Shown here: piece after piece, positions 19,860 to 29,870 of the stretch | Layout: each line of letters starts with the position of its first letter | Position numbering within the stretch: position 1 is the first letter of the stretch | Notes under the pieces: generated by a model | Databases searched by the model: none | What the model saw: only the letters and a program-made list of their open reading frames with translations | What the model was told of the DNA's origin: nothing | Made by a program: the position numbers and the translations under genes | Source: an uncultured delta proteobacterium | GTDB taxonomy: Bacteria; Desulfobacterota; Binatia; Binatales; Binataceae | Length of the DNA stretch: 64,000 nucleotides | NCBI GenBank assembly: GCA_963794325.1 | Contig: CAWCDG010000004.1 | Location: forward strand, 1,536,001 to 1,600,000 | Direction: 5' to 3'

Positions 19860-20681
19860 ATGAACCTCCTCGAACGAGCCGCCATCGCAATGCGTCACGC
19901 ACCCGCGTTGGAACGCGCGGACTGGCTGTGGGATGGAATCCGCCCGGCCTACGATCGCGTGCTTTCGACAGTCACGCGAACCCGCGGCGTCGAGCGGGTG
20001 ATCAACGGCACCGACCGGTTCCGGCTGAGCGCGCGGTCCCGCTGGTTCATCGCGGAAGAATACGAACCAAAGGTGTGGAATCGCGTGATGCGCGAAGTCA
20101 GGGCGGGCGGCCGCGTCGTGGAAGTTGGCGCCAGCATCGGGCTCTACGCGCTGGCGTTCGCGGGACGCGTCGGTGTTGCCGGCCATGTCACGGCGTTCGA
20201 ACCCGACCCGGAGAGCGCATCGGCTCTGGAAGCCAACATCGCCGTAAATGGCTGGCAGGAGCGAGTAACCCTGATCAGATCCGCGGTTGGCATGATCAGC
20301 GGGCAAGTCCGCTTTGCCGCCGCACGCGGACTGGAATCGCGAATCGAGACGCGCTCGGAGATTCGCGATGGGGTCATCACGGTGCCGATGACTACCCTGG
20401 ACGACGCGCTGGCCGGCGATCGAATCGATCTGATCAAAATCGACGTCGAAGGTTTCGAGCAGCAGGTTCTCCAGGGCGCCCGCAGAATTCTGACTGACCA
20501 GAGTCGGCGTCCCAAAGCGATCCTGGTGGAGGTGCATCCTTTCGCGTGGCCGGACTCCGGTACGACCAGCACGAGTTTTCTCGGTCTGTTGGACGAGCTC
20601 GGCTTCAGGGTCGAGGACATGCACGGCGCCGCGGTTTCGAGCATCGATGAGTACGGGCACATCATTGCAATCGCACAGTAA
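19860..20681 (+). CDS. FkbM family SAM-dependent methyltransferase
   Basis: VEVGASIG, AFEPDP and IKIDVEGFE motifs. Confidence 0.9.
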   Translation: MNLLERAAIAMRHAPALERADWLWDGIRPAYDRVLSTVTRTRGVERVINGTDRFRLSARSRWFIAEEYEPKVWNRVMREVRAGGRVVEVGASIGLYALAFAGRVGVAGHVTAFEPDPESASALEANIAVNGWQERVTLIRSAVGMISGQVRFAAARGLESRIETRSEIRDGVITVPMTTLDDALAGDRIDLIKIDVEGFEQQVLQGARRILTDQSRRPKAILVEVHPFAWPDSGTTSTSFLGLLDELGFRVEDMHGAAVSSIDEYGHIIAIAQ

Positions 20682-21906
20682 TGCCGGCCGCTCGGCGGCA
20701 ATCGCTCCCACCGCGACGGAGTGTCCGCGCGTGCTCGTCGTGATGTACAGCAATCCGAATTTTCATCCACCCACCATCAACGGCGTTCGAATCATGAGCG
20801 AGTTATTTTCAGTGAAAATAGTGTGCCGCAACGACGCCGGGCCTGCTGCGGATTGGCCGCCTGCGGTCGCGATCGAAAGAGTCGGCGAACTTATGACGGC
20901 GGACGAGAGTTTTCGTGCGGGCGCCTGGCGCAAACTGTCGTGGTATCGAACATTTGTGCGCCGGGTCGTCGCTGCGATCGCGGAAACCACGCCTGCGCTA
21001 CTCTACGCTTACGACCCGATTGCTTTTGCGGCGTCGATCGAAGCGATCGGTAAGGCGCGGGCTGAAATTCCGGTGGTGTTTCATTGTCTGGATAACCCCG
21101 AACTCGATCGCGAGCGAAAGGCGTCGCTCCAGTACTGGATTTTCCGCTATGCGTTGCGTCACACGCGCGACGCCGCATTCACGATTTTCCCCTCGAAGTA
21201 TCGCGCGCCACTCTGGCTGGATCCGGCCCACGATCAGCGCGCTGCCATGATCGTCCCCAACGGCAGTGCGCGCGAATTCTATCCGTCCCGCAAGGACTGG
21301 AACGCTCTGGCGCGAGCGCGGTGGGAATCACCACGCCTCCTGTACCTGGGCGTAATGGGCCCCGACAACGGGCAACCTCAGGCGGTGCGGGCGCTGGCTG
21401 CTCTTCATCCCGGGGTCAAACTCGAGGTGGTGGGCTTCAGCACAGCTGCTTTTCGACATGAACTGGGCGAACTGGCCGCTTCGCTTTCGCTTCAATCCCG
21501 CGTGAGCATCGTTGATTGGGTGCCGAATGCCGAGCGCGTCCGGCGCGCCGAGCAGGCTGCGGTGGGGCTGGTGCTCTATCGCATGGTGAACACGAACTGG
21601 GAGTATTCGGGACCGTCGCCCAACAAGCTGTTCGAGTATGCGGCATGGGGATTGCCGGTGGTCGTGCCCGATCGCAAAAGTTTCCGCGAATTTTTTGCTG
21701 ACGACGAATGGGTCACCTATGCCGATCCTGATGATCCCGCGTCAATCGCACGCGCCATACAGTTTATCCTGGCCGATCGCGATCGCTTTATCGCGATGAG
21801 TCTCGCCGCACGCGCCGCCCACGAAACCAAGTACAACTACGAGCGCCTCTTCGCTCCAGTGCTCGACAAAATCTGTAGCCTCGCCGGCATTGCGCGCGAC
21901 GCATGA
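20647..21906 (+). CDS. GT4 glycosyltransferase (start uncertain)
   Basis: PNKLFEYAAWGLPVV motif. The natural TAATG-coupled ATG at 20681 is out of frame, so a further indel near the start is possible. Confidence 0.8.
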   Translation: MSTGTSLQSHSNAGRSAAIAPTATECPRVLVVMYSNPNFHPPTINGVRIMSELFSVKIVCRNDAGPAADWPPAVAIERVGELMTADESFRAGAWRKLSWYRTFVRRVVAAIAETTPALLYAYDPIAFAASIEAIGKARAEIPVVFHCLDNPELDRERKASLQYWIFRYALRHTRDAAFTIFPSKYRAPLWLDPAHDQRAAMIVPNGSAREFYPSRKDWNALARARWESPRLLYLGVMGPDNGQPQAVRALAALHPGVKLEVVGFSTAAFRHELGELAASLSLQSRVSIVDWVPNAERVRRAEQAAVGLVLYRMVNTNWEYSGPSPNKLFEYAAWGLPVVVPDRKSFREFFADDEWVTYADPDDPASIARAIQFILADRDRFIAMSLAARAAHETKYNYERLFAPVLDKICSLAGIARDA

Positions 21907-23075
21907 AAGTCACAGTCGCCAGCGCCGGTCCGTTTCACGCATTCGACCTTGCCCGCCAGATGAATCGGCTGGGTCATCTCGAACAACTCTACACGGCGTA
22001 TCCGTCGTGGAGGGTCGAGGGACTGCCGAAAGAAAAAGTGAACAGCTTTCCGTGGCTGATGGCGCCGGCGATGCTCGCGAACCGGTTCGGCTTCAACCGG
22101 GTGCGCGACGGCATCAGCGTGCCGATCGTGGAGACCTTCGACCGCTGGATGGCGGAACGTCTTGCGCCGTGCGACGCGTTCCATTGCTTATCGAGCTTTG
22201 GCTTGCAGAGCCATCGAGCGGCGAGCTCGAAGTACGGCGCGCTCACGGTATGCGATCGCGGCTCGACCCATATCGAATATCAGGACCAAATCCTGCGCGA
22301 CGAATTCGCCCGATTCGGCGCAACGTTCGGGGGCATCGATTCGCGGCTGGTCGAACGCGAACTCGAAGAATACGCCTCGTGCGATCTAATCTTCGTGCCG
22401 TCGTCATTCGCGATGCGCACGTTTGCCGACCGCGGCGTGCCGCGGGAAAAGCTGCGAGTGAATCCTTACGGGGTCGACCTCGCGATGTTCCATCGCGAAC
22501 CGAAAAGCGATCGAACGTTCCGCGTCTTGTTCGTCGGCACGGTCTCGCTGAGAAAGGGATTGCCCTATCTGTTCGAAGCTATCGAAAGCCTCGGGCGCTC
22601 CGACATAGAGCTATGCGTGGTCGGAGCGCTCGAGGCTGAAATGCGTCCGATCATGGCGAAGTACGAGGGCCGGTTCCGCTACCTAGGAGCCGTCGCGCGC
22701 GGCGAGTTGTATAAGCATTACAGTCAAGCGTCGGTCCTGGTGCTGCCGTCGATCGAGGAAGGACTTGCGCTGGTGCAGGCGCAGGCGATGGCGTGCGGCG
22801 TGCCGGTGATCGCGACCGAAAACACCGGCGCCGCGGATTTGTTCACCGACGGAGTCGAAGGATTCATCGTGCCGATTCGCGACGCTCGTGCGATTGGTGA
22901 GAAGATTCTCACCCTGTACGAGAATCCCGCGATGCGAGACCAGATGGGCGAAGCGGCGCTGGTGCGCGTCAGAAAGATCGGCGGATGGGACGACTACGGC
23001 GATCGCGCCGCAGAGTATTATCGCGAGGCGCTCGCGATGCGAGCGGGCGGAGCCAATGCGGATTCTCTACGCTGA
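21903..23075 (+). CDS. GT4 glycosyltransferase
   Basis: LFVGTVSLRKG; EEGLALVQAQAMACGVPVI. Confidence 0.9.
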   Translation: MKVTVASAGPFHAFDLARQMNRLGHLEQLYTAYPSWRVEGLPKEKVNSFPWLMAPAMLANRFGFNRVRDGISVPIVETFDRWMAERLAPCDAFHCLSSFGLQSHRAASSKYGALTVCDRGSTHIEYQDQILRDEFARFGATFGGIDSRLVERELEEYASCDLIFVPSSFAMRTFADRGVPREKLRVNPYGVDLAMFHREPKSDRTFRVLFVGTVSLRKGLPYLFEAIESLGRSDIELCVVGALEAEMRPIMAKYEGRFRYLGAVARGELYKHYSQASVLVLPSIEEGLALVQAQAMACGVPVIATENTGAADLFTDGVEGFIVPIRDARAIGEKILTLYENPAMRDQMGEAALVRVRKIGGWDDYGDRAAEYYREALAMRAGGANADSLR

Positions 23076-24132
23076 AACTACCGCGTACGCGCCGTCCAGC
23101 GCTCACTTCCTGGAGGCTCTGGAAGCCAGCGCGGCGCGCGGCCAGCATGAGTTCCGATTTCTCGACGAGGCCCGCTTTATCAAGAGTTCACGCTCGATTA
23201 CCGAGCGAATTGCGGATCGCATCGCGGGCCGGCCGCTGAGCGGCTATCAACAATTGAATCGCGCGCTGGTCGAGAACGCGGCGGCGTTCTCACCCGAGAT
23301 GATTTTGATCGGCAAGGGCCGGTGGTTTACTCCGGCGGCGCTCGAAGCGGCGAAAAAAGCCAGCGGCGCGATACTGGTGAACTGGGCAACCGATGATCCG
23401 TTCAACCGCGCCGACAACTCGCGCGGGCTGGTCAGCTCGATCCCACTGTACGATCTGTACGTGTGCACGAAGAAAGAAATTATGGCCGATGTGCGGCGCG
23501 CCGGATGTGCGAACGTCGAGTATGTGCGATTCGCATACAAGCCGGAGGTCCATTTTCCGGAGACGCCGGCGACTGACGAAGAGCGCGAGCGATTCGCGTG
23601 CGGCGTGATGTTCGCCGGCGGATGCGACGCGCATCGCATCGCGTACTTCGAGGCCCTGATTCGTGCGATGCCCGATCTGAAGCTTCATTTGTATGGGAGC
23701 TACTGGGAGCGCGCGCGTGCGCTGCGTCCATACGCGCGGGGACTCGCGATGGCGCGGGACTATCGGCTCGCGGTTGCCAGCGCAAAGATCGCGGTGAACC
23801 TGGTGCGGCGCGCGAATCGCGACGATCACGTGATGCGCACGTTTGAAATTCCGGCGTGCGGCGGGTTCATGCTCACGGAGAGATCCGCCGCGCACAACGA
23901 ATTATTTTCCGAGGACCACGAAGCTGCGTTTTTCACCACGCCCGACGAGTTCGTCGCCAAGGTCCGCACCTGGCTTGCGCGCGATGAAGACAGGGCCAGG
24001 ATTGCCGCAGCGGCTCATCGCAAAATCACCCAGGGAAGACACACCTACGGCGATCGTCTCGAGGAAATCATCCAGGCTGCGCTGTCGGTGAAGGGATTGC
24101 ACCGGCGCGCTGTTGCCGGATTGTTATGCTAA
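23056..24132 (+). CDS. CgeB-like glycosyltransferase
   Basis: WATDDP, KIAVNL, MRTFEIPACGGFMLTE, HTYGDR motifs. Confidence 0.8.
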   Translation: MRILYAETTAYAPSSAHFLEALEASAARGQHEFRFLDEARFIKSSRSITERIADRIAGRPLSGYQQLNRALVENAAAFSPEMILIGKGRWFTPAALEAAKKASGAILVNWATDDPFNRADNSRGLVSSIPLYDLYVCTKKEIMADVRRAGCANVEYVRFAYKPEVHFPETPATDEERERFACGVMFAGGCDAHRIAYFEALIRAMPDLKLHLYGSYWERARALRPYARGLAMARDYRLAVASAKIAVNLVRRANRDDHVMRTFEIPACGGFMLTERSAAHNELFSEDHEAAFFTTPDEFVAKVRTWLARDEDRARIAAAAHRKITQGRHTYGDRLEEIIQAALSVKGLHRRAVAGLLC

Positions 24133-24141
24133 CTTGCCGTC

Positions 24142-25182
24142 ATGACTGTTAAATCACGAACGACCCTCGCCGCGATGCGTATGGCGTTCTGGTCGTTGGT
24201 GGTCGTCCGGGACGTTCGGGGTCTGTTTGCGCCGTCCAGGCGCATCGGCGGAAGGCTCAGCGATGTTAACATCGAACCCACCAACCTCTGCAACGCGGAC
24301 TGCGTATTTTGCGGATATCAGTTTCAGGAACGTCCGCATGTTGCGATGGAGACTGCGCTCGGCGCGAGAATCATCTCGGCAGCCAAACAAGCCGGCGTGA
24401 CGAGGTTGGGTCTGACGCCGATAGTCGGCGAGCCGCTGGTCCACCGAAATCTCGAAGATTTTATCCGGTTCGCCCGTGCCGAGCCGAATCCGTTGAAGGT
24501 GGGATTGATCACCAATGGAATTTTGCTGACCCCCGCGCGCTACCGATCTTTGGTTGATGCGGGCATCAACTCCATCGATATTTCGATGACCTATCCGGAC
24601 GATGAGGAGTATCGCCGAATTTATCGCAGCCCGAAGCTTAAAACCGTCGTTGCTAACATCGAGGGCATCCTCTCAACTTACCAACGCACGGATTGCGATG
24701 TGACCCTGGCGTTGCGAACCAGCCGCATAAAAAATTGGGACGCTCATCCGATGGTTGCGCGGGCGAGAGAGAAAGGCTGGAAGGTCACTCGAAATCAGCA
24801 ATTTGATGATTGGTCCGGGAGAGTCGGCGCGCTTTTGGAGGCCGAAGGTCTGATCGTACGACCGAATCGTCCCAAAATTCTGCCCTGCACCATGACGAAT
24901 TCAGGTCCGCATTTCCTGTCGGACGGCCGGGCCACTGCTTGTGGATGTCGTGATCTGGACGGCAAAAGCGAACTTGCGCTTTCACCTGACGATTTGATTT
25001 CGGATATGCGCGCAGTGTATGAGACCGGAGCAGTCACGGGTCTGCGACAGCGATTCCGTGACGGCAAAGCGCCCGAGATTTGTGTTTCGTGCCGTCATTA
25101 CAACGCAGCCTATGAAGGCGAGGCGCTGGGGACGCGCTTGCGGCAATTGATCGCCGATGCGAGGACCAGCCTGAGTCGTTGA
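24142..25182 (+). CDS. Radical SAM protein with C-terminal SPASM/twitch-like Cys motif
   Basis: EPTNLCNADCVFC (CxxxCxxC), GEPL, TNGILL; C-terminal LPC...DGRATACGC...CVSC. Confidence 0.88.
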   Translation: MTVKSRTTLAAMRMAFWSLVVVRDVRGLFAPSRRIGGRLSDVNIEPTNLCNADCVFCGYQFQERPHVAMETALGARIISAAKQAGVTRLGLTPIVGEPLVHRNLEDFIRFARAEPNPLKVGLITNGILLTPARYRSLVDAGINSIDISMTYPDDEEYRRIYRSPKLKTVVANIEGILSTYQRTDCDVTLALRTSRIKNWDAHPMVARAREKGWKVTRNQQFDDWSGRVGALLEAEGLIVRPNRPKILPCTMTNSGPHFLSDGRATACGCRDLDGKSELALSPDDLISDMRAVYETGAVTGLRQRFRDGKAPEICVSCRHYNAAYEGEALGTRLRQLIADARTSLSR

Positions 25183-26708
25183 ATACAGCTGAACAGTTCG
25201 AATCGGCAGCGCAGCATTCGAGTGACGACTGGTATGCGCTGGTGAGCACACCGAGGCCGGGGTCTTCGAGCCTCGGCCAGGCGATGAAGCTGGCCGCATC
25301 GGTCGCGGTCGCGTTGATCGCGTTGAACCTGTTTGCCCCCGGTTCTCCGACGCTCCTCGAGCGAGCATTTGCGTCCGCGATTCTGGCATCGCTCGCGCTA
25401 CCGGTTTGGCTGTGGATGTCCGGCGCGGATCGAAGCATCCCGTTTATGCCGTTCCTGACGATGGTATTTGCCTACTACTTCGCGCTGCCGCTCTTCCTGC
25501 TGAGGAAATTTGCGGTCGGAATGTTCAAACCGCCTGTCCCCACACACTACATCGAGCTCGCGCTTGGATACTCACTGCTGGGTCTCTACTGCATGTTCGC
25601 TGGCTACTATGGACCGGCGAAATGGCTATTCGCGCCGATACTACCTCGATTCAAAATGCAATGGCGCGACCCGCGAGTAGTAAAGCTGGTCGCGCTGATT
25701 CTGGGATTCGGCGGATTGTTCATATCGTCGTCGCACGTGCTGTCGTTTCTGCCGGAGACCCTCGAACAGATCGGAGTATTCGCCGCTGACCTCTCGATGG
25801 TTGGAATATGCATACTGGTCGCCCTTCAGCTGACCGGGAGACTGAATTGGATCACAGCGGCCTGCCTTTGGGGATTTCTCATTCCGGTCAGAATCGGTGT
25901 CGGACTGGAGACCGGCTCGGCCGCCACCGGACTGATAGTCGGCGTGGCAGTCGCGATGACATTCGCATCAGTGCGCCGATCGATCCCGTGGAAGATGATG
26001 GCGCTTGGCACAATCGCATTTTTTATCTTGCGACCCGCGGAGTTGCCGTATCGCGCCGCGACCTGGGGCGGGAGATATTCGGATGCAGGTGTAATCGAGA
26101 AAGCGCGGATGTTCGGAGATATTGTTTACCGCATCACGGTCGGCGGTGCGGTGCGGCCGGCAGCACTGATCGAAATGGCGAGCCTGCGCCTCGCGCAATT
26201 CACACTGTTCGGAGAAATAATCGCAGACACGCCGGCCATCGTGCCATTTTGGGCAGGCGGTTCCTATTACCCGATCTTGTTCAAACCGATTCCGCGAGTG
26301 ATTTTGCCAGATAAGCCGGAGGAGGCTACCGGACAAACATTTGGCCATCGTTACGGAGTGATCTCTGTCGAGAACACCGGCACATCAATTAACCTGCCGC
26401 AGATAGTCGAGTTGTATGCGAATTGGGGGCTCACCGGAGTGATCGTGGGGATGTTCCTGTACGGGCTGATCTACAGAATTCTGATCGAAATGTACGTTCA
26501 TCCGGGAATGGGACTTGGAGCTTTGGTGGGCGGTGTTTACGTCTTGTCGAGGATGCTTGATGTTGGATCCGCCGCCTCGATGAGCTTGGGATTGATCCCA
26601 TGGAGCATCATCTTCATCGCAATCATTCACATGGTGATGGAAGCAGCGGAGATTAGTGCGATGGCGCCGCGCCGCGGTGTCTCCGAAAAACTAGTCCGTC
26701 ACGCATGA
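25179..26708 (+). CDS. Polytopic membrane protein, probable Wzy-type polymerase
   Basis: About 10-12 hydrophobic segments, a large late periplasmic loop, PIPRVILPDKP and ELYANWG..G motifs. Confidence 0.65.
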   Translation: MNTAEQFESAAQHSSDDWYALVSTPRPGSSSLGQAMKLAASVAVALIALNLFAPGSPTLLERAFASAILASLALPVWLWMSGADRSIPFMPFLTMVFAYYFALPLFLLRKFAVGMFKPPVPTHYIELALGYSLLGLYCMFAGYYGPAKWLFAPILPRFKMQWRDPRVVKLVALILGFGGLFISSSHVLSFLPETLEQIGVFAADLSMVGICILVALQLTGRLNWITAACLWGFLIPVRIGVGLETGSAATGLIVGVAVAMTFASVRRSIPWKMMALGTIAFFILRPAELPYRAATWGGRYSDAGVIEKARMFGDIVYRITVGGAVRPAALIEMASLRLAQFTLFGEIIADTPAIVPFWAGGSYYPILFKPIPRVILPDKPEEATGQTFGHRYGVISVENTGTSINLPQIVELYANWGLTGVIVGMFLYGLIYRILIEMYVHPGMGLGALVGGVYVLSRMLDVGSAASMSLGLIPWSIIFIAIIHMVMEAAEISAMAPRRGVSEKLVRHA

Positions 26709-26821
26709 TAGCGACGCGCGTCAACCTGCCGAGCTTCGATGCGGAGGCGACACTCTACTGCAGACCTCGGGCCGAGCCCGCGTCGAGAATCACTTCGCCG
26801 CCGGCGTCGCGCGCAGGATGA
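26705..26821 (+). CDS. 38-aa small ORF MIATRVNLPSFDAEATLYCRPRAEPASRITSPPASRAG
   Basis: ATG overlaps the wzy-like stop (ATGA 26705-26708) and its TGA overlaps the next ATG (ATGA 26818-26821). Too short for the supplied ORF track. Confidence 0.45.
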   Translation: MIATRVNLPSFDAEATLYCRPRAEPASRITSPPASRAG

Positions 26822-28024
26822 GGATGATTTCTTCAAAAGAGGAGGCGAGCGCTCTGCATGTCCTTCACGTAACTCCGTGCTTCGCGCCGGCATGGGTGTA
26901 TGGCGGCCTGCCCGAGTCGGCGTATCAGTTCGCGCGGCATCTGGCACGTGCAGGAGCCTCGGTCCGTGTGCTGACGACGGATGCCAACGGATGGGGAAAG
27001 CGGCTGGACCCGGCGGCGATCGCAGAATACGCGCATCGCGACTGGGTCGAAGTGCGGTACTGCGCGCGGGTCGCGCGCCAGTCGGTGTCAGTCGAACTTC
27101 TCGGTGCATTGGCGGATCAGATGCGATGGGCCGACGTGGTTCATCTGCACGCGGCGTATTCGTTTCCGACTATCCCGACTTTGCTCACTGCGCGGCTGCT
27201 GAAGCGGCCGGTCATATGGACTCCGCATGGCGCGTTTCAGCGCTGGAGCGGTTCGCGCCGGGTGGGGCTCAAGTCATTGTGGGAGAAGGTCTGTATCGCG
27301 GTTGCTTCGCGCGAGCTGGTTTTTCATGCGACTTCGACGGAAGAAGTTGAGGAGACCCGTGCGCGATTTCCGCGCGGCACAATCGAGCAGATTCCGAATG
27401 GCGTCGAGATTCCGCTAACCCGCAATCGCGAGCCACGCAGTGCGCGGCTCCGGCTAGGATTTGTCGGGCGGCTCGATCCGAAAAAGGGAATCGAGAATCT
27501 GCTCGCCGCTTGCCGCATTCTGAAGGAGCGGAGCGGACCGGATTTTTCGCTGACGATCGCAGGTTCCGGTTCGACTGAGTACGAGGCGCACCTTCGCCGC
27601 GAGATCGACAGGCTGGAGCTGAACAAGCGAGGTCGCAATGCTGGGAGATATTCGCGGCGAGGAAAAACGGCGGATGTTCGAGCGGACCGACGTCATCGTG
27701 GCGCCGTCGTTCACCGAGAATTTCGCGATCGTCGTAGCCGAGGCACTCGCCCATGGCGCGACAGTGATTGCGAGCACCGGCACTCCATGGGAGGCAGTCG
27801 AGCGGGTCGGCTGCGGGCTGTGGGTCAACAACGATCCGGCAAGCCTCGCCGACGCAATCATCAAGATTAATTCGATGCCAATCGCCGCGATGGGTGAGCG
27901 CGGGCGTCGCTGGATGACCGCGGATTTTTCGTGGGAAAAATGCGCGTCGGAAATGATGGCGCTTTACAAAAGCATGGCGGCGGAGCACGGCACGCGCAGG
28001 CTGGCGACCGCGCACCAGGTGTAA
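26818..28024 (+). pseudogene. GT4 glycosyltransferase split by an apparent +1 frameshift at ~27625
   Basis: N-half ends ...FVGRLDPKKGIE...ELN; removing one A gives SEVAMLGDIRGEEK...ENFAIVVAEALAHG in the 27638-28024 frame. Confidence 0.8.
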
Positions 28025-28044
28025 CGCTCGGTCATCGGTAATCA

Positions 28045-29820
28045 ATGTTAATCGTCGGAATCAATGCTTATCACGGCGACGCTAGTGCGGCCGCGATTGT
28101 GGACGGCAGGCTGGTGGCGGCTGCTGAGGAGGAACGGTTTACTCGCATCAAGCATGCAGCCGGGTTTCCGGCCGAAGCCTTGAGGTACGTGGTGAAGGCG
28201 GCGGGCGCCTCGCCTCGCGATATCGATATGATTGCGGTGGCGCGCGATCCGTGGGCGCGAATCATGCGCAAGGCGTGGCACGCGCTGAAAATGCCGATGG
28301 TCGCGCGCGATCGGTTGAGCGCGCAATCGCACTTTGCGTCGATTGGCGCGGAGGCGGCGCGCGCTCTGGGAGCGAACGAGGGCTCGATACCGGTGGGACG
28401 CGTCGAGCATCACCGCGCGCACCTGGCGAGCTCGTTTTTGGTTTCGCCCTTCGACGAGGCGGCGCTGTTCTCTATCGATGGATTGGGCGACTTCGCCAGC
28501 GCGATGTGGGGAGTAGGGCGCGGGGCCACGATTTCGCCGATGGGCGTGGTGACGTTCCCGCATTCGCTTGGAATGTACTACACCGCGCTCACGCAGTACC
28601 TCGGATTTCCGAAATACGGCGACGAATACAAGGTGATGGGGCTGGCGTCGTACGGAGAGCCGGAGGTGCTTGACGAGTTTCGCAAAATCGTAATCGCGCC
28701 GAATGGCGGCCGGATGGATTTCATGCTTGCGCCGGAATATTTCACCTACCAGAAGTCCGGCGCGGAGATGACCTGGGGCGCCGGCGAACCGACGATCGGA
28801 AGGCTGTATTCGAATTTTCTGGTCGAGAGGTTAGGCGCGGTGCGCGATCCGGCGGAGGCTGTGGACAAACGGCATATCGCGATTGCGGCATCGATGCAGC
28901 GTCGACTCGAGGAAGTGATAATCGATCGGCTGCGGAGCCTTCAGCGCGCGACCGGACTGAAGAAGCTGTGTCTTGCCGGCGGGGTCGCCTACAACTGCGT
29001 CGTCAACGGCAAGATCCTGGAGCAGACCGGCTTCGAGGACATCTATATACAATCGGCGGCGGGCGACGCGGGACTGGCTATCGGCGCGGCGTTCGACCAG
29101 TGGCATTCGAGCGGATCGCGCGAGCGCGAATTTGTCATGGAGCATGCGAATTGGGGGCCGGAATTCCGCGACGACGAGATCGCCGGAATACTGAGTTCGC
29201 GCGAATCTGAAATAGCCAGTCGGGGCTGCGTGATTCGCAAGATCGAAAATGAAGACGAACTTTGCCGCTCGACTGCGGCGACTATAGCGGAGGGCCTCGT
29301 CGTCGGATGGTTCCAGGGGCGAATGGAGTGGGGTCCGCGTGCGCTGGGTAACCGCAGTATCCTGGCCGACCCGCGACGGGTCGAGATGCGCGATATCCTG
29401 AATTCGAAAATCAAGCGCCGCGAGATGTTCCGGCCGTTTGCACCGTCGATCCTCGAGGAGTCCGCCGGGGACTACTTCACGCAGTCGTACCCGTCCCCGT
29501 TCATGCTGATGGCGTATTCGGTGCGCCCCGAAAAGCGCGCAGCGATTCCGGCCACGACGCATGTCGACGGGACGGGGCGCTTGCAGACGGTGAATGAGCG
29601 GCAAAACCCTTTGTATTACAAGCTGATCCGCGAGTTTGGGCGTCAGACGGGAGTACCGGTGTTGCTCAATACTTCGTTTAACGAGAACGAACCGGTGGTC
29701 TGCCGTCCGGAAGAGGCGCTCGATTGTTTTCTCAGAACCAAAATGGACCTGTTAGTTATCGGGCAATTCACTGTTCGCCGGAACACTGAAAATCAGCTAT
29801 CGTCGCCGGTCAGTAACTGA
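28045..29820 (+). CDS. Carbamoyltransferase (NodU/CmcH family)
   Basis: GINAYHGDASAA, EEERFTRIKH, HHRAH, EYKVMGLA, GRMEWGPRALGNRS, KRREMFRPFAP, LNTSFN. Confidence 0.93.
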   Translation: MLIVGINAYHGDASAAAIVDGRLVAAAEEERFTRIKHAAGFPAEALRYVVKAAGASPRDIDMIAVARDPWARIMRKAWHALKMPMVARDRLSAQSHFASIGAEAARALGANEGSIPVGRVEHHRAHLASSFLVSPFDEAALFSIDGLGDFASAMWGVGRGATISPMGVVTFPHSLGMYYTALTQYLGFPKYGDEYKVMGLASYGEPEVLDEFRKIVIAPNGGRMDFMLAPEYFTYQKSGAEMTWGAGEPTIGRLYSNFLVERLGAVRDPAEAVDKRHIAIAASMQRRLEEVIIDRLRSLQRATGLKKLCLAGGVAYNCVVNGKILEQTGFEDIYIQSAAGDAGLAIGAAFDQWHSSGSREREFVMEHANWGPEFRDDEIAGILSSRESEIASRGCVIRKIENEDELCRSTAATIAEGLVVGWFQGRMEWGPRALGNRSILADPRRVEMRDILNSKIKRREMFRPFAPSILEESAGDYFTQSYPSPFMLMAYSVRPEKRAAIPATTHVDGTGRLQTVNERQNPLYYKLIREFGRQTGVPVLLNTSFNENEPVVCRPEEALDCFLRTKMDLLVIGQFTVRRNTENQLSSPVSN

Positions 29821-29870
29821 GTATCATCAGTTGCCGGGCGGGGCTTAGTTTTGCGGGGAGGGAAGCCTAG

